DNA from: an uncultured virus (IMG/VR IMGVR_UViG_3300042484_001250)
Taxonomy: Duplodnaviria; Heunggongvirae; Uroviricota; Caudoviricetes
IMG/VR virus record: IMGVR_UViG_3300042484_001250
Span: 62,001-126,000 of that record
DNA: 64,000 nt
Reading direction: 5' to 3' (one strand)
Shown: positions 48,137 through 57,692 of the stretch, piece after piece
How the letters are laid out: the number at the start of each line of letters is the position of its first letter
Numbering within the stretch: position 1 is the first letter of the stretch
Program-made: the position numbers and the translations under genes
The notes under the pieces: generated by a model
What the model saw: the letters and a program-made list of their open reading frames with translations, nothing else
Databases searched by the model: none
What the model was told of the DNA's origin: nothing

Positions 48137-48882
48137 TGGCACTACCAGCATCAGGACAAATTTCAATGGATAATATGAACACCGATAGAGGAATAGCATC
48201 TGGTACTCAAATTAATTTGGCAACTGCTGGTACTGCTTATAGTGTTTCTTATAATACAAGTGGAACTAACGATTTACAATTTTCTGAATTTTATGGATTA
48301 AGTATAACACCTGTATATACATCATATAGCAGTAGTCTATCTACTGGTGCTGAAGCTGGTTGCTATGCTGGAGATTTTTATACCGATTTTACTATAACAT
48401 TGTTAGACCAATTTGGAAATCCAATAAGTTTAGGTTACGATGTTGATTTTGGAATAAAATTCCTTTTAAACGATGTACAAGATGTTGGTGGTGGTTATTA
48501 TCCTGACACAATTACTAATGTAAGAATCTTTGCAGGATTTCCAACAGGATATCGAAGATTTTATGATAAACGATATCTAAATTGTAACTTTAGTTCATTA
48601 TGTGATGGTAGTTGCTATGAAGAATCAACTGGTATGTATATATTTGAAGGACCAATAACAGTAACTACAACAACTACAACAACTACAACAACCGCAGCAC
48701 CCATATATAGTGGATTGATTTTGTGTGGTGAAACCAATGTAGATTATTATTATACAGGCACTATATCATCTGGTGACCATTTATATAGTGGTGCTGGTAA
48801 TTGTTATGTATCAACCGGTACAATAGGTTCAATATTTGGTAAAGTTGAAATATTTGGCACAATAAATGGTTGTAGTTGTTAA
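48136..48882 (+). CDS. gp38-like fibre-tip adhesin with poly-Thr linker
   Basis: MALPASGQISM...QFSEFYG attachment-domain pattern directly after the S74 fibre; T10 tract; Cys-rich C-terminus. Confidence 0.65.
   Translation: MALPASGQISMDNMNTDRGIASGTQINLATAGTAYSVSYNTSGTNDLQFSEFYGLSITPVYTSYSSSLSTGAEAGCYAGDFYTDFTITLLDQFGNPISLGYDVDFGIKFLLNDVQDVGGGYYPDTITNVRIFAGFPTGYRRFYDKRYLNCNFSSLCDGSCYEESTGMYIFEGPITVTTTTTTTTTTAAPIYSGLILCGETNVDYYYTGTISSGDHLYSGAGNCYVSTGTIGSIFGKVEIFGTINGCSC
48664..48693 (+). repeat. (ACTACAACA)n repeat encoding ten Thr
   Basis: actacaacaactacaacaactacaacaacc. Confidence 0.9.
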
Positions 48883-48888
48883 TATATT

Positions 48889-49848
48889 ATGGTAAACACT
48901 ACTAAAAAACTACGTTATATATGCGCTCAACCTGCTATTACTTATTACATTTGGCAGGTTGAAGTAATGTTAAACAATTTTATGCAGATGGGTATCAATT
49001 TAAATAATATTGATATTGTATGCTGGCAACAAAATGATGAACTACCTGAAGAATGGAGTAAACTATCTAACAATTATGAAGCTAGATTCTTTTTTTATAG
49101 GGATACTAGAGAAACTCATCATTACATTTCATCAATCCGTCCTAATATTTTAAAGCAACATTGGAAAGCGCATCCTTATCTTAAAGATGATACCATATTT
49201 TACCACGATTGCGATATTATATTTACCAAAAATATAAAGGAATGGATAACGGATGAGATGATAAATGATGATAAATGGTATGGTTCGGATACTAGATGGT
49301 ACATATCACACTCTTATATCAAATCTAAAGGTGATGATGTAATACAAAAGATGTGTGAGTTAATGGAATTGCCTGAAACACTTATTGAAGGTAATGAACT
49401 AAACGCAATTGGTGCACAATATCTAATGAAAGGTGTTGATTATGATTATTGGAATAGAGTAGAATCGGATTCAGAAATGCTATTCAAAGAAATTACCGAA
49501 CAATGTAATGAAAAAGTAAAGAAAGACCCTACACACCACCCTTTACAAATATGGTGTGCAGATATGTGGGCTGTATTATGGGGAGGTTGGAGATTGGGAT
49601 ATGAGACAGTATGTCATCCTAACTTTGATTTTAGTTGGGCTACGTCTGGTATAGATGATTATTATAAAATGAACATCATGCATAACGCAGGTGTAACAAA
49701 CTCAACATCAGGTATGTTTTACAAAGCAGACTATATAAATAAACTACCATATAATGAAAACATAATTATTGATAAAAATTATGCATCTTATTATTATTGG
49801 AAAGAAATATGTAGAACTTCTAAAAAATCAGTATTAACAAAAAAATAA
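48889..49848 (+). CDS. GT-A glycosyltransferase resembling peptidyl-Ser/Hyp O-glycosyltransferases
   Basis: YISSIRP, HDCD (DxD), GAQYL, WCADMWA and IMHNAG motifs. Confidence 0.6.
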   Translation: MVNTTKKLRYICAQPAITYYIWQVEVMLNNFMQMGINLNNIDIVCWQQNDELPEEWSKLSNNYEARFFFYRDTRETHHYISSIRPNILKQHWKAHPYLKDDTIFYHDCDIIFTKNIKEWITDEMINDDKWYGSDTRWYISHSYIKSKGDDVIQKMCELMELPETLIEGNELNAIGAQYLMKGVDYDYWNRVESDSEMLFKEITEQCNEKVKKDPTHHPLQIWCADMWAVLWGGWRLGYETVCHPNFDFSWATSGIDDYYKMNIMHNAGVTNSTSGMFYKADYINKLPYNENIIIDKNYASYYYWKEICRTSKKSVLTKK

Positions 49849-49910
49849 TAAATAATCGTTTTGATAAATAAAAAAACATATATTTATATATAAACATATA
49901 GAATAAAATT

Positions 49911-50195
49911 ATGGCACAACGTAGTGAACAATTAGCAGAAGAAACTTATAATAAATTAAGAAATCTGCAAGACGAAATAAATAATTTAGTTGTAACAATT
50001 GGACAAGCGCATTTGCAAATAAGAGATGCTGAAACTCAATTGAAAAACTTTAAATTCTCATTGGAAAATTTAGAAACTCAATTTGATGAAAAAAATGAAG
50101 AATTAAATGAGGTATTGTATGTAATGGAAAAGGCATATCCAAAAGGAGAGATTGATTTAATTAATGGTACAATCACTTACGAAGAAGCTGAATAA
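49911..50195 (+). CDS. Small coiled-coil protein (fibre chaperone/prefoldin-like), paralog of 53611..53973
   Basis: Heptads followed by YPKGEIDLINGTI. Confidence 0.6.
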   Translation: MAQRSEQLAEETYNKLRNLQDEINNLVVTIGQAHLQIRDAETQLKNFKFSLENLETQFDEKNEELNEVLYVMEKAYPKGEIDLINGTITYEEAE

Positions 50196-50198
50196 AAA

Positions 50199-50230
50199 TT
50201 AGGAAATACCAAAAAAGTTTCGTATATTTG
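50199..50230 (+). promoter_or_regulatory. Bacteroidota housekeeping-sigma promoter for the glycosyltransferase operon
   Basis: TTAG-20 nt-TATATTTG, with the same CG-TATATTTG context as at 37599. Confidence 0.7.
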
Positions 50231-50235
50231 TTATA

Positions 50236-52416
50236 ATGAATAATACACGTAAAAAATTGTTATACGTTGCTCCTCACTTATCTACTGGAGGACAACCACA
50301 ATATCTATTAAAGCAAGTTGAACATTTCTACAAAGATTACCAAATAAAGGTAGTTGAAGTTAGAAATAGTGGGGGTGATGCATTTGTGGTTCAAAAAAAC
50401 AAAATCAAAGCATTAGTTCCCGTACACACTTTATATGAGGATAAATCGGATATACTAAAAGTTATAGATGATTTTGAACCTGATATTATTCATTTTCAGG
50501 AAATACCACAACACGATTTAGATTACGATATATTGGATAAAATATGGGATGATAATCGTAAGTATTTTATTATAGCAACAACACACGGCTCATTTACAGA
50601 CCCCGATGCAATTATTTACCAACCCGATAGATATGTGTTAGTATCTGAATGGAGTAGAAGAAAGTTTGAACATTTGGGTGTTGATACTATGTTGTGGGAA
50701 TATCCAATTGAGGATATTAAATACGATAAAGATAAAGCAAAGGAGGTATTAGGATTTGAAAAAGATTGGAAGCACGTTCTTAATGTAGGATTGTTTGCTC
50801 CCGGCAAAAACCAAGCTGAAATATTTGAGGTAGCTAGATTGTTGGAAAAATATAAAATAAAATTTCACTTTGTAGGAAACCAAGCTGGAAACTTTGAGGA
50901 TTATTGGAAACCTTTGATGGATGATAAACCATCTAATTGTGTAGTGTGGGGGGAACGAAATGATGCTGATAAGTTTTACGCAGCAGCTGATTTCTTTTAT
51001 TTCTCAACACTTTGGGAATTGAATCCATTATCAATTAAAGAAGCACTATCATATAAACTACCATGTATCTTTAGAAGGTTACATACTTATTTGGATACCT
51101 ATGATAATAATCCATTGGTAACTTATATTGATGGGGATGTACCTGCAACTAAAAAAATTATATTAGAACAATTAAAACCTGATTTTGGTGAAATAGAAGG
51201 GTGGTTCTACTATAATCATATGTATAAAGATATAGTTCAAGCTGGATATGATGGGTGTGAATTTGTAGAAGTTGGTGTGTGGAAGGGCAAATCTACCAAT
51301 TATATGATTCAGAAAATAAAAGAGTCTGGTAAACGTATTCACTTTACAACTGTTGATACGTTTAAAGGAACTGAATCGGAACCTTGGCATAACCCAGTGG
51401 TTCAACATTATAATGGAGATTTATTTCCTGAATTTATTGATAACACATTATTATCAAACAACTATGGGTTATTTGATATTATAAAAGATAATTCCGTAAA
51501 TGCAGCAAATCAATTTAAGAATAATAGTATTGATTATATAATGATTGATGCCGGGCATACTTACGAAGATGTTACAACTGATTTAAAAACTTGGTATAAA
51601 AAAGTAAAACCGGGTGGTATTATTAGTGGTGATGATTATACAATAACCGATGGTGTAACCAATGCTGCAAACGATTTCTTTTATGGGCAATTTGATAAAA
51701 CGTATTATAGGGCATTCTTACGAAAGAAACCTAGAATTCAAATCAAACATTTATTAACATCTCCATTTAACGCAAGAGAATATATTAGTATTGCTTCCAT
51801 AAAACAATTACAAAAATATGGAATTGATTACACTCAAAGTGTAACTGAAGTGTATAAAGATATTCCACCTACCGAACATTGTAGGAGACCCGAACATATA
51901 AGTAAAGATAATAAGCCGGGTGAGTTATGGCCTGGCGCTGGATTGGGTTGGATAACTGGTGGACATTATGGGTGTTATTTAGCACATAAGAACGCAGTTG
52001 ATAGCTTGGATGATAAATACGATTACACTCTTATATTCGAAGCAGATGCGTTCATTTACACCGGTTTGGAAGAGTTTGTAGATATAGTTCACAAAGCGTG
52101 TTTCATTTCGGAAAGAGACGATGTGTACTATATTGGATTGGCAAATAACCCATCTCGTTCAAAAGAAAAGGTAGATGAATTATTTTCACAAACCGCACAT
52201 AACCAAGACCTTGCACATGCTTATTTGGTTAGAAACAAAGATAAACAATGGTGGAAAGATAGGATAGCAGATTGTGAATGGGATGTTGGTGATTTATGGT
52301 ATAATCACGTATTTGCTAAATATCCAATGAAAAGATATACTACAAACAAAATGTATAGTAATCAGACGGAGGGATTCTCATTATTAGACCAAACAATTAA
52401 AACTTGGAACGTATGA
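50236..52416 (+). CDS. Multidomain GT4 glycosyltransferase, class I SAM methyltransferase and GT25-like glycosyltransferase
   Basis: HLSTGGQPQ, GKNQ, ELNPLSIKEA (GT-B); VEVGVWKGKS, IDAGHTYE, VKPGGIISGDDY (Methyltransf_24-like); GCYLAH...LIFEAD...AHAY (GT25-like). Confidence 0.85.
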   Translation: MNNTRKKLLYVAPHLSTGGQPQYLLKQVEHFYKDYQIKVVEVRNSGGDAFVVQKNKIKALVPVHTLYEDKSDILKVIDDFEPDIIHFQEIPQHDLDYDILDKIWDDNRKYFIIATTHGSFTDPDAIIYQPDRYVLVSEWSRRKFEHLGVDTMLWEYPIEDIKYDKDKAKEVLGFEKDWKHVLNVGLFAPGKNQAEIFEVARLLEKYKIKFHFVGNQAGNFEDYWKPLMDDKPSNCVVWGERNDADKFYAAADFFYFSTLWELNPLSIKEALSYKLPCIFRRLHTYLDTYDNNPLVTYIDGDVPATKKIILEQLKPDFGEIEGWFYYNHMYKDIVQAGYDGCEFVEVGVWKGKSTNYMIQKIKESGKRIHFTTVDTFKGTESEPWHNPVVQHYNGDLFPEFIDNTLLSNNYGLFDIIKDNSVNAANQFKNNSIDYIMIDAGHTYEDVTTDLKTWYKKVKPGGIISGDDYTITDGVTNAANDFFYGQFDKTYYRAFLRKKPRIQIKHLLTSPFNAREYISIASIKQLQKYGIDYTQSVTEVYKDIPPTEHCRRPEHISKDNKPGELWPGAGLGWITGGHYGCYLAHKNAVDSLDDKYDYTLIFEADAFIYTGLEEFVDIVHKACFISERDDVYYIGLANNPSRSKEKVDELFSQTAHNQDLAHAYLVRNKDKQWWKDRIADCEWDVGDLWYNHVFAKYPMKRYTTNKMYSNQTEGFSLLDQTIKTWNV

Positions 52417-53561
52417 TATACGAAAATTTAAAAAGAAATATAAATAATATAACCGAAGTAAAAAACAGCGTATCGGTTAATTTTGTTAAAGGTGCATTTG
52501 TAGAAATAAAAGGACCTTACAAAGCAGAGTACACCGTTGATTTTATAGATAATAGGAGTGGTAAACGTATATTTGCATCTGATATTGGAAATAATTGTTG
52601 GACACGGTGTACTAAAGAATATTTTGTAGAATGGAAAATACAAATTTATCAAAATGGAAAACTTTGGTATGAACATTTATATGATGCAACTGATAAGAGA
52701 GTTTACATCCCATTGGATTCAAAAGCATTGGGTGATACAATGGCTTGGTTTCCATATGTAGATGAGTTCCGTAAAAAACATAATTGTAAAGTTGTAACAT
52801 CTACTTTTATGAATGATTTATTTGTAGATGAATACCCTGAATTAGAATTTATTAATCCCGGTGAAGCAGCTGAAAACCTTTATGCAATGTATTCGGTTGG
52901 TTTATTTTACAATGATAATAACGAACCAAACTTACAAAAAAACCCAAATGATTTTAGAAAACAACCATTGCAAAAAATGTGTTCGGATATTTTAGGATTA
53001 GATTATGTGGAGGTTAGACCTAAAATAAAACACAATCCAATTGAAATAAATTCAGAATTAAAACAAATTACTATTGGTGTATTTGGTACGGCTCAACCTA
53101 AATTTTGGAATAACAAAGATGGCTGGCAGTATGTAGTTGATTGGTTAAACTCAAAAGGATACACAGTCAAACTAATATCAAAAGAAGGAGATGATTATAT
53201 GGGGAATAAATTACCAACGGGAATTGTTAAACATCCAAACGGTCCTTTGAGTGATGTAATTGATGAACTTAGAAAATCAAAAGCATTTATAGGAATTGGT
53301 AGTGGGTTGAGTTGGTTAAGTTGGGCAGTTAATACTCCAACGGTATTGGTGAGTGGATTCTCATATGATTGGGCAGAAATGCAAGATTGTGTAAGAATTG
53401 GTGCACCTGAAGGAAAGTGTAGTGGATGTTTCAATCGGTATAGATTAGATGCTGGTGATTGGAATTGGTGTCCTGACCACAAAGGTACGGATAGACAATT
53501 TGAGTGTACCAAATCAATAACACCACAATCGGTAATAAAAGAATTAGAAAAATTCTTATAA
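52413..53561 (+). CDS. Autotransporter strand-loop-strand O-heptosyltransferase (Aah/TibC family)
   Basis: ATGA overlap start; KEYFVEWKI, ALGDTMAWFPY, FIGIGSGLSWLSW, SGFS; four-Cys CSGCFN...WCP...FEC. Confidence 0.85.
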   Translation: MIYENLKRNINNITEVKNSVSVNFVKGAFVEIKGPYKAEYTVDFIDNRSGKRIFASDIGNNCWTRCTKEYFVEWKIQIYQNGKLWYEHLYDATDKRVYIPLDSKALGDTMAWFPYVDEFRKKHNCKVVTSTFMNDLFVDEYPELEFINPGEAAENLYAMYSVGLFYNDNNEPNLQKNPNDFRKQPLQKMCSDILGLDYVEVRPKIKHNPIEINSELKQITIGVFGTAQPKFWNNKDGWQYVVDWLNSKGYTVKLISKEGDDYMGNKLPTGIVKHPNGPLSDVIDELRKSKAFIGIGSGLSWLSWAVNTPTVLVSGFSYDWAEMQDCVRIGAPEGKCSGCFNRYRLDAGDWNWCPDHKGTDRQFECTKSITPQSVIKELEKFL

Positions 53562-53610
53562 AAATTAAAAAACAATATATTTATATATAAACAAACAAAA
53601 CAATAATATT

Positions 53611-53973
53611 ATGGCATTAAATGTTCCACAAATACAAAACGTAGAGATTGCAACTGCAAAATTGGATGAAGATGTAATTAAACAAATTCAAGAATTAAAC
53701 CAAAAATCTTCTATATTAATTAATGAGTTTGGTTCAATATATCTTAGAAAACAACAAATTCAAGAAGAATCACTTCGTATGGATGAGTTTTTAGAAAAAG
53801 CTAATGATGATTATAAAATGTATCAACAACAATTAAACGAAATTGGAGAGCAAATTGATGAAAAATATCCACAAGGTAGAATTAATATCCAAGATGGTAC
53901 TGTTCAATATCAACCAGGTGCACCAACTCGTAAGCAATTAGCTGAGCAACAATCTCAACAAGCTAATCAATAA
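53611..53973 (+). CDS. Small coiled-coil protein (paralog of 49911..50195)
   Basis: Heptads followed by YPQGRINIQDGTV. Confidence 0.6.
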   Translation: MALNVPQIQNVEIATAKLDEDVIKQIQELNQKSSILINEFGSIYLRKQQIQEESLRMDEFLEKANDDYKMYQQQLNEIGEQIDEKYPQGRINIQDGTVQYQPGAPTRKQLAEQQSQQANQ

Positions 53974-54019
53974 AAATTTATTCTATATTTATATAGTATA
54001 AAGAGTAATACTATATTTA

Positions 54020-57000
54020 ATGAGTGAATTATCTAACTTTTTAGTAGAAAGCATATTAGGGGAATCTGCCGAAATGGAAAACGTAATAGTTGTCTATTCT
54101 GGTAGATTTCAACCTTTTCATAAGGGGCACTTCGCCACATACAAACAACTTGTATCAAAATTCGGAAAAGATGATGTTTACATAGCAACATCCAATAAAA
54201 CCGATAACCAAAAATCTCCATTTGATTTCAGAGAGAAAAAAACCATAATGACTAAAATGTTTGGTATCCCATCAAACAAAATAGTTCAGGTTAAAAATCC
54301 ATATCAACCTACGGAAATTGTAAGTTCATACGATGCAGCTAAGACTGGTTTAATAGTTGTAGTTGGTGAGAAAGATGAACAACGTTTGGGTGGAAATTAT
54401 TTTACTCCATATAAAGGTAAGGTAGAGATGGGATATTTGGATAAGGGATACGTTTATGCTTCACCTGCTCAATCAAATCCTATAAGTGGAACTGATGTTC
54501 GTAATTGGTTAAGTAAAGGAACTGATGACGAAAAGAAAGAGGGATTCTTAAAAGCATATCCAAAATTTGATGCAACTGTTTTCAAATTTATTACTCTAAA
54601 ATTAGCAAAACTTTCTGAAGATATTAACTTAGATGTGAATGTAGGTGATACTCTTTTGATGGGCAAGTTTAAGAACAAAAGAGTAGTTGTAAAAAATATT
54701 GATAAAGATGAGCATGGTATGCCAACTATCAATGGTAAGAAAGCAACTACATTTAGAATCCCACCAAAATCAAACCTATTTAATGAATCATCTAACTTTG
54801 GTATGGCTGGTGCTGAACCAGGTGAACCAAACCCAAACTACGTTGCCGATGGACAAGCTCGTATATTAGATAAAGGGAAACCTGAAGGTTGGTTTAGACA
54901 AGGTGGATACACCCAAATAGATAAACCAAAGGGTGATTGGATGCGTGGTAAGGGTAGAAAAAAAGAATCGGAATCAACATTTAGAAAAGTAACATATTCA
55001 CTTAAAAACTATAAAGAATCTGAACTAAATCCAGCGCAAGACCCATACCATACTGAAGATTGGGTAGAAACTGAACCAAAGAAAAAAATTAAAAAACCAA
55101 AAAGATTTTGGGAAGATACTGAAATGGATGTAAAAATATCATTAATATCTGAAGAAGAATTAAACGAAATTGCTGAAGATTATATAACCGCATTGGATGA
55201 AATGGGATTGGGTGGAGGAGCCGGTGTTGGTTTATCTTTACCGGGTGGATACATAAATGGTGCTCCGAAAGCAGATGATGTTGCCAAAGTAAGTAAGAAG
55301 TTGAAGAATAAAGGTATGAGTGGGTATGAGGAGGTTGATGAAGAAACTATTTTAGAATATAGTGGAAATGGTGCATTCTACAACGATGGTAATGCAACAA
55401 GTGGTACAATGTGGAATGCTGATTGGGATGATTACAATAATGCAGAATACTATTTAGATAATTTAGAGGGTTGGTGTTTTTATCACGAAGACCCATCTGA
55501 ATATGAAAAGAAAAAATCAGTAGACCAAAAGTTACCAACGGATGACCAAAACGATGGAAAAACTGATAAGTACAATCGTATATTAAAATACAACTTTCCT
55601 AAACCAGAAGATTTAACGGAGATGGCTAAATCTGATTTAGACCAGGTTGAGAAATATGCTGACCAACAATTATCTCCCGAAGATATTGAATTGGGAAAGG
55701 AAACTGACCATTTTTTCCAAAGATTAAATGACCCTCGTAATGGTAAACAAATATCAGCAGCCGAATTAACTGGTTTCTTTAAAAGATTGGCAAAAAATAA
55801 AAAGAAATTTTTAGATTTTGTAAAACAATATAAGGAGTTTGTAGTTAAAGATAAGAGAACAAACATCAATATTCCATTTATGACAGTAGCAAACAAATTG
55901 ATTGCTAAAACCATAATGAGAAAGGATGATTTCAAATCTTCAACACCAGTTTATGTATCCGAACAATCTTTGAGTGAAATTACAAAAGGTATCTACGGAA
56001 AGAAAATAAAAATCAATGGTGAAATAATTGAATTACAAGTTGAGTTAGTTGGGGCTGATAATAAAACAAATGAATTTATTACAAAAATAGTTCATATTGA
56101 TAAAAAATATCAAAACAAATATCCAATTGGTTCTACACTAAAAGTACCGGCACGAATATTTAGATTACCCGGCGGTGGTTGGTACAAAGTTAAAAATAAA
56201 GCATTTGAAGCAATAACTTCAAAAAATCATAAAGCAGATGGAACTGCTGACCACAATTTTACACAACATCATAAATCATCATCATATACACCTGATTATG
56301 GTTATCCTGCTGAATTAGATACAATTGATTTTGATGATGATAGAGAAATAGAACCTGGTCATCAAACGGATACAAAAGATAAACAAAACAAAGGATACGA
56401 ACCTGTTAAAAAAGTAAACGAAAGTAAAGATTTAATAATTGAAGGTGGGGCTTATGGACACATGCACCATCCGTTTGATATTGAAATGAACCTTACGTTC
56501 TCTGACCTAAAGAACATCGTTAAGAAAGCACTTACTGGAGATTTGGATGTAGCAAGAGAAAAAACCGATGGACAAGCATTGGCAATTAGTTGGGTAAATG
56601 GAAGATTAGTTGCTGCTAGAAACAAATCACATCTAAAGAATAAAGGTGAGGGTGCTATGACAATAGGACAGGTAGCTGATAAGTTTGCTGGTAGAGGCGG
56701 ACTAACCGATGCTTACAACTTTGCTATGAGTGATTTATCAAAAGCAATTGGTTCATTATCCGAACCACAAAGAAAAAAAGTATTTAATGATGGAAGTTCG
56801 TTTATGAATTTGGAAGTAATATATCCAACATCGGTAAACGTAATTCCATACAACCAACCACTATTAGTATTTCATGGTACATTTGATTATGATATCGATG
56901 GTAATATAAGTGGTGAGAATCAACAATCAGCACGAATATTAGCTGGTATGATTAAGCAAGTAAATGCAAGTGTTCAATCCAAATACACAATACAAGGACC

Positions 57001-57634
57001 ACCAATGCAGAAATTACCAAAGAGTGAGAATTTAACAAAACTACAATCAAAGTATATGAGTATGATATCTAAACTACAAAGTGAGTTTGGGTTATCTGAT
57101 TCTGATGGGGTAGCTGATTATCATCAAGCGTGGTGGAGTAACTTTGTGGATAAAAACGCAAAAGGATTAGATGCACAAGAAAAGATTGGTTTGGTTAAGA
57201 GATGGGCATTTGGAGATAAAGGATTCAGAATAGCAACAATACAAAACCCTAAATTAAGAAGTTGGGCAGACAATACTGAAAAGAAAGACCAAGCTAAAAT
57301 AGCAAAAGATAACCTAATGAAATTTGAAGAAATATTCTTAGGTGTTGGTGCAGATGTACTTTCATTTATGGAATCAGTACTTACCGCAAATCCAACGGAA
57401 GCAACTAAACAAATGGTAGCTAGATTACATAAGACGGTTGATGATGTTAGAAAGTTGGGAGACCCTAAGAAGTTGGATAAACTTAAATTAGAATTACAAA
57501 GATTACAGGCATTAGGTGGATTTGAAAAGATAGTTCCAAATGAAGGTATCGTATTTGTATATAACGGAAACACTTACAAATTAACAGGAGCATTCGCTCC
57601 ACTTAATCAAATATTAGGTCTTTTTTACGAATAA
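54020..57634 (+). CDS. Multidomain head-associated protein: N-terminal HxGH nucleotidyltransferase, C-terminal ligase-like nucleotidyltransferase domain (DUF6267-like)
   Basis: GRFQPFHKGH, ISGTDVR; GGAYGHMHHPFD, EKTDG, EGIVF...YKLTG; many [LIV]xE motifs between domains. Confidence 0.75.
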   Translation: MSELSNFLVESILGESAEMENVIVVYSGRFQPFHKGHFATYKQLVSKFGKDDVYIATSNKTDNQKSPFDFREKKTIMTKMFGIPSNKIVQVKNPYQPTEIVSSYDAAKTGLIVVVGEKDEQRLGGNYFTPYKGKVEMGYLDKGYVYASPAQSNPISGTDVRNWLSKGTDDEKKEGFLKAYPKFDATVFKFITLKLAKLSEDINLDVNVGDTLLMGKFKNKRVVVKNIDKDEHGMPTINGKKATTFRIPPKSNLFNESSNFGMAGAEPGEPNPNYVADGQARILDKGKPEGWFRQGGYTQIDKPKGDWMRGKGRKKESESTFRKVTYSLKNYKESELNPAQDPYHTEDWVETEPKKKIKKPKRFWEDTEMDVKISLISEEELNEIAEDYITALDEMGLGGGAGVGLSLPGGYINGAPKADDVAKVSKKLKNKGMSGYEEVDEETILEYSGNGAFYNDGNATSGTMWNADWDDYNNAEYYLDNLEGWCFYHEDPSEYEKKKSVDQKLPTDDQNDGKTDKYNRILKYNFPKPEDLTEMAKSDLDQVEKYADQQLSPEDIELGKETDHFFQRLNDPRNGKQISAAELTGFFKRLAKNKKKFLDFVKQYKEFVVKDKRTNINIPFMTVANKLIAKTIMRKDDFKSSTPVYVSEQSLSEITKGIYGKKIKINGEIIELQVELVGADNKTNEFITKIVHIDKKYQNKYPIGSTLKVPARIFRLPGGGWYKVKNKAFEAITSKNHKADGTADHNFTQHHKSSSYTPDYGYPAELDTIDFDDDREIEPGHQTDTKDKQNKGYEPVKKVNESKDLIIEGGAYGHMHHPFDIEMNLTFSDLKNIVKKALTGDLDVAREKTDGQALAISWVNGRLVAARNKSHLKNKGEGAMTIGQVADKFAGRGGLTDAYNFAMSDLSKAIGSLSEPQRKKVFNDGSSFMNLEVIYPTSVNVIPYNQPLLVFHGTFDYDIDGNISGENQQSARILAGMIKQVNASVQSKYTIQGPPMQKLPKSENLTKLQSKYMSMISKLQSEFGLSDSDGVADYHQAWWSNFVDKNAKGLDAQEKIGLVKRWAFGDKGFRIATIQNPKLRSWADNTEKKDQAKIAKDNLMKFEEIFLGVGADVLSFMESVLTANPTEATKQMVARLHKTVDDVRKLGDPKKLDKLKLELQRLQALGGFEKIVPNEGIVFVYNGNTYKLTGAFAPLNQILGLFYE

Positions 57635-57692
57635 TTTTTAACCTTTTTTCCAAAAAGTATATACTTATATATACGAATATATAGGAAATAAT

